From NCBI GenBank assembly GCA_043228905.1, contig JBHGNT010000015.1, forward strand, positions 13,826,001 through 13,890,000: DNA of 64,000 nucleotides. Reading direction: 5' to 3'. Below the pieces are notes generated by a model. It saw only the letters and a list, made by a program, of their open reading frames with translations, was not told the origin of the DNA and ran no database searches. Shown here one piece after another: positions 49,359 through 60,570 of this stretch (its first letter is position 1; every line of letters starts with the position of its first letter). A program made the position numbers and the translations under genes. The stretch comes from Azolla caroliniana. Lineage: Eukaryota; Plantae; Polypodiophyta.

Positions 49359-51671
49359 AATCACATAATTAGGTATTAATTAATCCTTGCTTAATTACTT
49401 ACCTAATTCTTACATGGTATCAGAGCATGTGGTTTAGAAAATCCAATAAGCCCACCCGACTCCGTGATTGTGTGTTCAAAACGTTGACGACAAATTCCGG
49501 CTATCCGCTACCGTAGTGCCACTACGTAGCACGTATACGTGATCGAAGGAAGAAAAGCAAAAAGAGAAGACACTAATCAACATGAACACACAAATGGGTA
49601 GCTCGCTCCCTAGTGAAAAGCTAGACCGGAGCAATTATTCATTTTGGGAGTACAAGATGACCCAATACCTCATCGGCCAAGGGTATTGGAGCTACATTAA
49701 CGACGCACTCGAAAACAAGCCCAACATCACAAATGCCAACTACCCAACGTGGGATCAAGGAACGAGTCAGGTAATGTATTGCTTGGCAACATGTGTCCCC
49801 TACCACATGCTTAGCCATATTCGAGACGCCAAAAGGCCTAAAGAGGCATGGGAGAACTTAAAGAAGATGTTTGCCGCCAACACAACTGCCTACAAGCTTC
49901 AACTCCGACAAGAGTTGAATAACATTCGACAAAAAGACATGTTTGCGTCAGACTACAATGCCTAGATCAAGAGCATTTGTGATTCACTTGGCTCCATCAA
50001 CATAAACATCAACGAAGACGAGATGGTTCAAGTATGCTTGGGCGGCCTCGCACAACGATTCGATCCATTACGGACAACAATCTTGGCAAGAGAAAAGCCT
50101 CCTTCTTTTTTCGACCTCCTATCAATGCTATTGGTCGAAGAGAACCAGTCTGAACCAAAAGCAAGACATCGGAAGGACAAATGTTCTTCTTGAATTTGGA
50201 CGGTGGCCGAAGATGAGGTCGCGGCGATAAAAGAGGTCAATTCGACCCATCACACGAAGGGAACTCAAACCTTCACAGAAGCCATCGAGGAACCTTCGAA
50301 AGAAGGGGGAGCTTCCACGCTGAACATGGTCAGCAAACAAGGCCCGCAACTTGCAATTATTGCGGCAAAGTCGGCCACTATGAGACGGAGTGTCGGAAAA
50401 AGAGAAGTGAGTTGGCTTCAACAAATCGACAACTCACAAACTATGCCATCAACTCAGAATACAACGACTATGGCGGACTATTCGTAATGAGGCATAGAGA
50501 AAACTCTATGATGGCCTCTGACTCCGCAAGCACCTCCAATTTGGAAGACGTGTGGTTCGTCAATTCCGGCGCCTCACATCACATGAAATCCCACAAAGAG
50601 TGGTTCAATGACTTGCATACACCGGATCGACCTGGCTACATAGAGATGGGAGACGACACCACACATCCCATTTGGCACATCCGCAATGTCCCATCCAAGA
50701 AAGAAGGCGAACCAACTTGCAACACGAATGTCTTGCACGTGCCCACAATAACGAAGAATTTAGTCTCAGTCGGTCAAATCGTGGAGCAAGGCATGCAAGT
50801 CCGCTTCAACAACGAAGGTTGCTTCATCGAGAAAGATGGACGACTCATAGCAAAGGGGCGGAGAGACGGCCGAATGTTCATCCTCGATTCGAACGAGGTG
50901 AAATTGGACATGTACGCTAAAAGTCTCAAAACCGAGACAAGCATCGAGTTGTGGCACAAAAGAATCGGCCACATAAACCTCCAACGGCTCCGAGCTATGC
51001 AAACAAAGGGAGTCGTCATCGGACTTCTGACCTTCGAGTCGACCGAGTATGCGAAGCATGTCAACTCAGCAAACAACATCGACTCCCATTTACGAAGGAG
51101 AGCTCCGCAAGCAAAGGCCTCCTCAACGTCATACACTCGGTTGTATGGGGACTGGTTCAAATGCCGATACCACGTAACCTTCATTGACGACTACTCACGC
51201 TACGCGTGGATCTACCTGAAAAGAATGGCGTGCGGAAGCAATATAGGAAAACCGAACAACAGAATACGCAGGTTTAATGGAAAGCTTAGGTTTGCACAGT
51301 ACGCACAGGAGAGACAAAGAGAGTAACACAAGAACTTAAATTCGAAAATAATACTCAATCTGTACATAGGATGTGCTCAGTGAGCACTTTTATACAAGCC
51401 CTGACAATGGGCTGACACAAGTACTGACAGTACTTGACTGCTCATAAATGAGCCTCGACACTTACTCCCAAAACTATTCCTTACGAGGAATATCTTTCTA
51501 ACGGCCTTTCGGTCTACGCACCGATACGGACTTTCTACGCACCGGTCTGCGTACCGGTTTTGTGCACCCAGTCTACGCACTGGTTACGCAACGTATTATG
51601 CACAAATGTTGAGCTTGTCTCTCAACACTCCCCCTCAAGCTCAACTTGAGGTTCCGCCTGTTCTGCCGGAC

Positions 51672-51970
51672 CTACGCTCCGGCTTCTCCTAGCTCCACAC
51701 CTCGCTCGCGCTCCTCAGCCTGTTCGACTCCGCGCGCTTCGACCCTTTTGGCCGGCTTGTTTGCTCCCATGGCCCTTCGCAGGTCCCTTGTTGTCGCGGT
51801 GTTGGCGCTTCTCCTGCTGCCTACACTCCGGCTTCTCCTAACTCCACGCCTCGCTCACGCTCCTCGGCCTGTTCGACTCCGCGCGCTTCGACCCTTCTGG
51901 CCGGTTTGTTTGCTCCCACGGCCCTTCGCAGGTCCCTTGTTGTCGCGGTGTTGGCGCTTCTCCTGCTGCC
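51672..51970. repeat. 2 x 149-bp tandem repeat in the 3' region of Copia H
   Basis: CTAC(G/A)CTCCGGCTTCTCCTA... starts at 51672 and at 51821. Confidence 0.85.
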
Positions 51971-54900
51971 TTCTTTTCCACTTGGCCCTCCGAACCGACT
52001 TGGCTACCTCCGATCGGTTTTTGCTCTCGTCCGAGTTGGTTGTCTCCAACTCGTCTCCGGTCTTCTCGCCTCTAACGGCGTCATCTCCCCCATGCCTGGT
52101 TGGCTTTGGCTCTTTCTTTCGGCTGCTCCCCTTGTGTCCGCTTTCGGACTCTTCCGCGGATCCGCTCGCGGCTTCTTCAGCCGATCCGAGGTCTTTTCCG
52201 CTCCTTTCCTGCTCCCTTTCGTGGTCATCTGGGACGTTTCTCCCCCTCAAGTTCGGCACGTCGAAGTGACACAACCCAAGCGCACCCGAAAATTGCCGCA
52301 ACTTGTCCAGACCAAGAGGCTTGGTGAAGATGTCGGCGATCTGCCGATCCATCGGAACATATTGAAGTTCGACTTCACCAAAAAGGACACGCTCATGGAC
52401 AAAATGGTAGTGCACCTCAATGTGCTTGGTCCGTGCGTGGAAGATGGGGTTCTTCGCGAGTTGGATGCTGTTGAGGTTGTCACAGTAGATCGTCGTTGGA
52501 TCGGACACCTCCACCTGCAAATCCTTAAGTAGCCGCTTCAACCATATGGCTTCGCATGTTGCGACAACCGCTCCTCTATACTCGGCTTTAGTGCTCGACA
52601 ATGCAACTGTCAGCTGCTTCTTGCTACTCCATGCTATCGCGGCACTCCCAAGAGAGAACGCATGTCCGGACGTGGATCAGCGATCGGCGACATTGCCGGC
52701 CCAGTCGGCATCAGTGTAGCCGACCAACTGCGGGGCTGTATCGGTCCGATATAGCAGTCCGCGGTCCTTAGTGCTGCTTACGTATCGCAGTACGCGTTGC
52801 GCACACTGAAGGTGCTCCTCGGTAGGTCGCGCCATGAATTGACTGAACACCCCGACCGGATAACTGAGATTGGGTTGGGTGATGGTCAAGTAGATAAGGC
52901 TTCCGACAACTTGTTGGAACCTTGTCGGATCGCAAACCTTGCCGGAACTGGGGCGAAGCTTGATAGTTCTGTCTAGAGGAGTCGAGACGGACTTACAGCC
53001 TGCCATCCCGAATTTGAAGAGCATATTCAACGCGTAATGACGTTGGCTAATTAGTATGCCTTTGGGGGTGCGGATCACTTCGATCCCGAGGAAGTAATGA
53101 AGGTCCCCCAGATCCTTCATGTCGAATGATGCCTCAAGTTGGAGCTTCACGTGGTTGATCTCACCTAGGTCGGCGCCGATGATGACCAAGTCATCAACAT
53201 AGAGTAAAATACTGACCGGCCCGAGTCGACCTATCCGAATGAACAACGAGGAGTTCGATTTTGACGTCACAAACCCAATCCGACACAGCCGATGTGTGAT
53301 TTTTGCATTCCAGGCACGCGGGGCTTGCTTCAGTCCGTAAAGGGACTTCTTCAATTGGCATACTACCAACGTGTTCGGTCCGGAGTGAAATCCGGGGGGT
53401 TGTACCATGTACACTTGGTCCTCAAGCTCACCTTGCAGGAATGCATTCTTTACATCCATCTGATGTAGGTGCCACCCCTTGGCCGTGGCTACTGCGAGTA
53501 AAACACGGACGGTTGTCATCTTTGCGACCGGCGCGAACGTCTCATCATAGTCGATGCCGTGTTTCTGCGCGTAGCCTTTTGCCACTAACCGGGCCTTGTA
53601 TCAGTTGACCGAGCCGTCGGTGTTGTACTTGACCTTGTACACCCACCTACATTCGATCGGCTTCACACCCTTCGATGCGTCAACCAGGTCCCAGCTCTCA
53701 TTTTCCGACAATGCGTGCATCTCTTCCTCCATCCCGGCGCGCCAGTTCGCGTCCTTCGTCGCTTCTGCGTAGCTCTCCGGCTTATGCACTTTCGCTACAC
53801 AGGTCATGTACGCATAGTGCTGTGCCATGTACTCGTTGTATCCAAACCGCACAACTGGGTTCTTTTGGCGGGTAGATCGGCGTAATAGGTCATTTGCCGA
53901 TGTCAAGGTCTTCTCGGCCGACGCGGACTTCGTTCCTGAAGGCCCGTCGCTGCTTCCCTCGGAGTCGGACTCGCGTCGGTCTGACTCGTTCCTATCCGTG
54001 CCGGAATCCGACATCTTCTTCTTCCCTTTCTCTTCGCGCGTAAGCCGTCTCCTCGGCTTCCTACGCGGGGAATGCACGGCCGAGTCTCCACTACTCGCCG
54101 GCTCTTCATCGGACTGGTCGTACCGACTCAGTCGTCCATTCGGTCCACTTAACCGAAACGAAATCGGACTCTCTTCGGGGGTCCCGATTTCAGGCTCAAC
54201 CAGAGGCACCTCGGCCTCGCTGTCCTCATCGTCAGAACTCAGATTGGAGGTGAGATCCGGAGTCGGAGGCAAGTACCAGGACGCGGACTCATCAAACACA
54301 ACGTCGCAGCTCACGCGCGGTTGTTTGGTACGTGGGTTATAGCACTTATAACCCTTCTACTCATCCGAATAGCCGACCAAGATACACTTCTCGGCTTTTG
54401 CGTCCAACTTCCTCCTTTTCTCCTTCGGCACATGTACATACGCAATGCTACCGAAAACTCGTAAATGTCGCAAGTTCGGTTTTGTTCCAAAGTATAGCTT
54501 GTGCGCCGACACTTTTTCGCCGATCCGGTTCTGGATGTATACAACAGTTCTTACCGCCTCTACCCAATAGAACTTGGGCAAGCTCTTCTCCTCCAGCATT
54601 GCGCGTGCAGCTTCCACAACCGACCGATGTTTTCTCTCGGCCACGCCGTTTTGCTCCGGCGTGTATCTACAACTGAATTCGCGCCGAATTCCCATCTGTT
54701 GTAGATAACCGTTGAATTGACCGGAAAAGTATTCTTTTCTGCCATCTGACCGCAGGCACTTGATCTTTCTTCCTGTTGCCATTTCCACGAACCCTTTGAG
54801 GTCCCGGAAACAGTCGAAGACTTCGCTTTTCCTCTCAATGAGGTAGATCCACGTGTGCCGCGTGTAGTCGTCAATGAAGGAGACAAAATATCGGCTCCCG

Positions 54901-56527
54901 CCAAGACTAACGTTTTGTGCCGGCCCCCACACATCAGAGTGTATCAATTCTAGCTTGTTCCGGCTCCGATTACGCTCGTTTGGGAAAGGAAGTCGGTGTT
55001 GCTTCCCAAGCTGGCAGGCTTCACAAATTTGTGCCTTCCGGCCACTAAATTTGGGCAATCCAAACACCACTTGTTTCGATTATAGGTCTTGAAGCCGCTG
55101 GTAGTTGACGTGGCCTATCCGTTTGTGCCATAAGTCGATGTTCAACTCGACTTTTTGTCCCTTCACAAACATTGCGGTGCCACCGTCAGTAGAGTCGAGG
55201 ATAAACATCCTCCCATCTCTGCGCCCTTGCACAATAATACGGCCTTCTTCCTCAATGAAGCACCCAAGATGCGTAAACTGAACCTGCATCCCCTGGTTGA
55301 CGATCTGCCCGACCGACACCAGATTCTTCGTGATGGTCGGGACTTGTAACACGTTCATAAGTTTCCCTTTCTGCCCGACATGGCTCAAGGGAACTTCACC
55401 GACATTCGCGATCAGATGCAGAGTGTCGTCTCCAGTTGCGACTACTCCTAGTTGCATCGGTTTCTCAAGGTATGAGAACCACTCCTTGTGGCACGTCATG
55501 TGTTTGACACTCCGGAGTCGACATACCACACCTCGTCAGATTTCGGGGCAAACTGTTTCATTGAGTTTGCTTCGTGTCTCGTCACGAAGACTGACCCTTT
55601 TTCGACTTTTTCGGATCCTTCAGCGTAGTGCGATTGTTGTCGATTTCCTTTGTCGGTATGTCCGGAACCAGACCTCTCCGACTCGGCGCGCTTCTTCCAG
55701 CACTCGCTCTCCTTGTGACCTTTCTTGCCACAGTACCAGCATTCCGTGGCGGATTTCCCTTTCTGGTTCTCGTCGCCTCGACTCCCCCTGTTTCCAGAGG
55801 GTCCGGAATTGCTATCGGCATCACTTCGATGCGTTCTTCCTTGATCCCGTCGGCTACTTCCATTGCGTACCGACTCGCCTCGTCCGCCACGACCATGGGG
55901 CCTTTCTCCCTCTGTGTACAACATCTTGTTGTCGGTGTGCATGCTCGTCGACGCACCCGCGTGGTTCTCCTCTACCAGGAGGATCGACTATAAGTCGAAA
56001 AAGGATGGCATATTCTCCCGGGTACACACTGCAGTTCGGAACACCCCGAACTTCGACGCCAAACCTCCGAGACAGACCTGGACCATCTCGCTTTCCTCGA
56101 TGTTCACATCGATGGAAGCTAAGGAGTCGCATATGTCCTTAATCCTCGAGGTATAGTTAGCCACTGACAAATCACGTTGTCGTAGGTTGCTCAACTCCTG
56201 TCGAAGCTGAAGCTTCCTGGCTGTGGTGCTCGCGGCGAAAATCTTCTTTAGATTTTCCCATGCACCCTTCGGCGTTTTTGCATCCCGAACGTAGCTTAGC
56301 ATCTGTTCACCCACACAAGACGCGAAGCAGTATAGCACTCTGCTCGCCGATTGTTCCCACACCGGGAAGTCTTTGTGTGTCGAATCGGGTGCTATGTCAT
56401 TTGCTCCATCGACATAGCTCCAGTAACCATGTCCGAGCAGGTACTGGTGCATCTTGTAGGACCAAGATGCGTAGTTGGTTTTGTCGAGCTTCTCCGTTGG
56501 AAGCGAGCTAGCCATTCCTCTGTCCAT
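51855..56527 (-). pseudogene. Copia H gag-pol (premature stops and frameshifts)
   Basis: CWYCGKKGHKESEC; WYVDSG; HSDVWGP; LYVDDL; YTDADWAG; HARTKHIEVHYHF; ADIFTKPL. Confidence 0.9.
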
Positions 56528-57701
56528 CGGTTTTCTTGTTCTTCTTCGTTGGTTTTTCCTTCAAGCAAAGTCAGTTGCAAAGGTTCTCAACCCTCGCGCT
56601 ATGATACCATGAAAAGAATGGCATGCGGATGCAATATAGGAAAACCGAACAACAGAATACGTAGGTTTAATGGAAAGCTTAGGTTTGCACAGTACGCACA
56701 GGAGAGACAAAGAGAGTAACACAAGAACTTAAATTCGAAAATAATACTCAATCTGTACATAGGATGTGCTCAGTGAGCACTTTTATACAAACCCTGACAA
56801 TGGGCTGACACAAGTACTGACAGTACTTGACTACTCATAAATGAACCTCGACACTTACTCCCAAAACTATTCCTTACGAGGAATATCTTTCTAACGGCCT
56901 TTCGGTCTACGTACCAATAGCAATGGGCGCGGTTCGGTTTCGGTTTGGTTCGGTTTCTTGACCTTGAAACCAAACCAAACCAAACCAAACCAAACCGGTT
57001 ATTCAGAATAAAAACCAAACCAAACCATTTAAAAAATTTGAAGCCATTTAAACCAAACTATTTAAGCCAAACCATTTAAACCAAACCGTTTAATAGGTAT
57101 GAGAAACCAAACCATTTTAAACCAAACCGTTTATGTAAAATGTAGAACCGAACCGAACCGGTTTACCAAAAATCAAAACCAAACCAGTGTATCAAACATC
57201 AAAACCAAACCAAACCAAATTGGTTTTGACATAATCCAAGCAACACGAAACAATAAATTGTACCAAATCAAAGACTAGAACACTATAAAATAACAGAAAT
57301 TCACAACACATTTTCTGAAAATTGTTAATTTGTGAAACATGATAAGATATTACATAAAAAGATAAATGTTTTTTGGAATGATAACAAAAATCCATACAAT
57401 AGAGTTCCAAAATTCCATACAATAGAGTTCCAAATTTCCAATTAAGAACAACAATCCATATAATAGAGTTCCAATTTTCCAAATCCATAGGACCATATAT
57501 GTAAACTTAATCCAGCTTTTTGTTTCCAATATTTGAATAAGGGATTCCTGAAAGTATAAAATATACAAAAGAATTAAGTAATTCATAATAACAAATTTAA
57601 AGAATCGACTAAAAACAAAATAGTAAACAACATGTAATAAAAATTACAATGACTTTGAAGATCTCCAATTGCAACCACTATTGTCGTTAACATGTCAAAA
57701 A

Positions 57702-59917
57702 TCAACATGATTCCTGTACATATAAAATACATAAAAACAAGTAAGTAATTATTAATAAAAATACTTTAAGTAAAGACTCAAATAAAAAACAACCAAGTAA
57801 CAAGTATGCATACCTTAATTTTCCTTTGACTATCATGCGATATGTAATCTATTACCTCGTCTTCAGCAACAAGATCATCCAAATTCATTGTTAGTTCCGC
57901 ATAACTGATGTGAAAATTATCTAACATTTGAACATTACATTCTTTTAAAACATTCATCCATGATCGAACGCACATTTCAGCTTTGAAAGTGCATGAATGT
58001 AGTTTTATCCTATTATCAAAGGTCATTTTTGCTGCCGAATTAGCCTCTTCAGCAGGTACTGATGATGCTGGTATACTGAGGTAATCACATGCCATCCTAT
58101 ATAGTGAAGGCATTGCCGATTTATTATCATTCCACCATTGTAAAGGATCCTTGTCCGTGCTAGCCGAAGGAAGTCTCATAAAGTGCTGAATTTCTAACTG
58201 TGAATCGGAAATAAGACTTTTATTATTTACACCCATTAACGTCCAAATTTTAGAATTCTTATCATTTTCATGTATTGTGGTTGAAGCCGAAGGTGGTTCA
58301 ACATCACTCGAGAACGAGTGATAGTGGGACTCAATCATGCTTTCAACCAACTTAATATCTAACTCTCTTTCTGTATGATTATTTGGAAGAGGCAATCTAT
58401 CAAACAAATAAAACGGTTTTAAACTCAAATAAAAAATCAGAAATCATGATGATAATTGTACAATATAAAGGTAAGCATTACCTGGGATCAAGAAACATTG
58501 CTATGCGAGATGGAATAGACTTTAACGATTCTTGATACTTAATTAAATATTGCAAGCAGTTCTCAGATGCTCTTTGAAGCACCTCTTGTGTGAATCTAGA
58601 TGATCCTGGAAGCGAAGAATCTAAAAATTGATTGCAATGATTTAGTAAACAATTATATGCTAGCGATGCTAGTGATAATGTAGGATATCTTGAGCCTCCC
58701 AGAAAAGTAGAAACCTCGGCTGGTGTATCTAGCCATTCCGCCATGGCATGTATGTGACTCCAATCTTCTCTGGTCAAGACATTACCATTGAAATCACTTG
58801 ATATTGTTAAATCTGAAATTGTAAAGTTCAATACATCTTTATCCTTGATAGATTGCCTAAACATTTCCAAGGTAGAATTCCATCTTGTAACAACATCGAG
58901 CCTTGGGGGTTCCCTTTCATGATGCTCAACCATCCTAGCATACTTCCTAAACACTTCCCTTCGAACCTTGCTAGATCTAATAGTATGGAGCACTGTTCTC
59001 AACTTTTCTGTTGAGGGTGAGATAACCTCTAATGTTGCCTTGATACCCAACTGAAAAGTGTGAACCATACATCTTAACATATGTGATGGAGCCAAAATTT
59101 CCTTACCATGCTCATCTTGTAACAACATGCTCAACTCTTTTGCAGCTACTTGTGCATCACTCGCTCCATCAAAAATTGTAGCTAAGAGTCGACTAGAAAT
59201 ATCAGCGGATCGAAGTCGAGCAAAAAGGGCATGTGCACAACGCTTCCCTGATCCAACACCTGGAAATACATGCACAAAATCCAATAACATTGACCTTGAC
59301 CTTGCTGTTTCATGACATACCCAATGAAGTGTCACTGAGTAAAAGCCCTTCAAACTACTATTTGACCAACCATCAAATGTTATGGAAAATCTTGATTGGC
59401 ATTTTGATAGCAAATCTATCACCTGACGACGCAACACCACATACATTTCTAGGATAGAACGCTTAATTGTGCGTCTTGACTTTACTTGATATCCAGGTAC
59501 AATTTGTTGCATGAACTCCTTAAATTCAGGTGATTCCACATGTGCATGGGGCAATGTTCCCTTCACAATATACTTCACGATGGCAGCATCAATTTTCTTC
59601 TCTAAAACATGAGATACTCTAGCTGACTCAATTGAAGATTGAATGTGCTGTGATATACCTGAATTTTGGTCTGGGTCGCTTGATAAACGATGCTTTTCGG
59701 CTAAATGTTTGGCTATAGTGCCTGTGGATGTCGTAGAAGACCAACAAACATGGCAATGATGGCATCGTCGTCGAGGTGTGCCATTATCCATATAAAATAT
59801 GATGTGAGCATCTGTCCATGATGTGCGTAGCCTTTTTCTTGAGCTACTTGTTGACCCACGACTAACATCAATTGAAGATGAGTTCATTGCAGCATCAGTT
59901 TGAGATGATGATTCCAT
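57702..59917 (-). CDS. hAT transposase (BED finger, DDE, dimerisation domain), ~676 aa predicted
   Basis: Predicted exons 59917-58482, 58396-57814 and possibly 57713-57702 (GT-AG, in frame). Motifs RCHHC..KHLAEKH, SITFDGWS, FDGAS, RCMVH, TRWNST, LDPR, DPLQWW..SIPASSVPAEEANS. No stops in the exons. Confidence 0.85.
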
Positions 59918-60115
59918 TTTATGGTGTCCTATAAAATTCAATTAACTCAATTAGCACATTTCAAATACATTATAATGAGAAAAATAAATGAAGTAGAAAG
60001 TTTGCTAAGTTAGCTAAGAACAGTAAAACAACCATTATGTCTAATGGCAAACATAGAAAGATAGACATGTTAACATAGAAAGATACATTGTTACATTGCT
60101 AAGTTAGCTCAACTT

Positions 60116-60570
60116 GGTGGCTTTTTGAGATTCTTGGGGAGGCAAAGGATTTCAAGACCATAGAATTTCTCATGGAAGACATAGTTAAGGATCAAGTTAG
60201 TTTGATACTGAATGCTTTCACAGCTATTGCCAGGGTCTATGCTTATGTTGGAATGCTTGAAGCTTCTGTCACAGCCTTTGAAAGGATGGAGAAATATGAC
60301 TGTATTCCCAATTCCCATACATTTAACATAATGATTGATGCATTGGTGAAAGCAGGGTTTCCAAAGCAAGCTTATGGGATGTATGATAAGATGCTTCAGC
60401 ATGTTTTGTTAACAAACTTGTATATATGTAACCTTCTTGTTTATTCCTTCTAGCAAGAAGAGAAACCAGGAGATGTTGCATTATTTAAGATGATGAAAGA
60501 AAAGGGAGAAGTGCCCAACATAAACACTTATAATTTCCTTGCCAATGGCCTTTCAAAAGCAGGTGAGGGA
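60116..60570 (+). pseudogene. Captured pentatricopeptide-repeat (P-class PPR) gene fragment
   Basis: About three tandem 35-aa motifs: AFTAIARVYAYVGMLEASVTAFERMEKYDCIPN / SHTFNIMIDALVKAGFPKQAYGMYDKMLQHVLLTN / LYICNLLVYSF*...ALFKMMKEKGEVPN / INTYNFLANGLSKAG; one internal stop. Confidence 0.85.

Noticed and set aside
56930-57220. Telomere-like or satellite AAACC repeats
   Set aside because: Mirrored at 61400-61580 inside the TIRs, so they are hAT subterminal repeats rather than TTTAGGG arrays.
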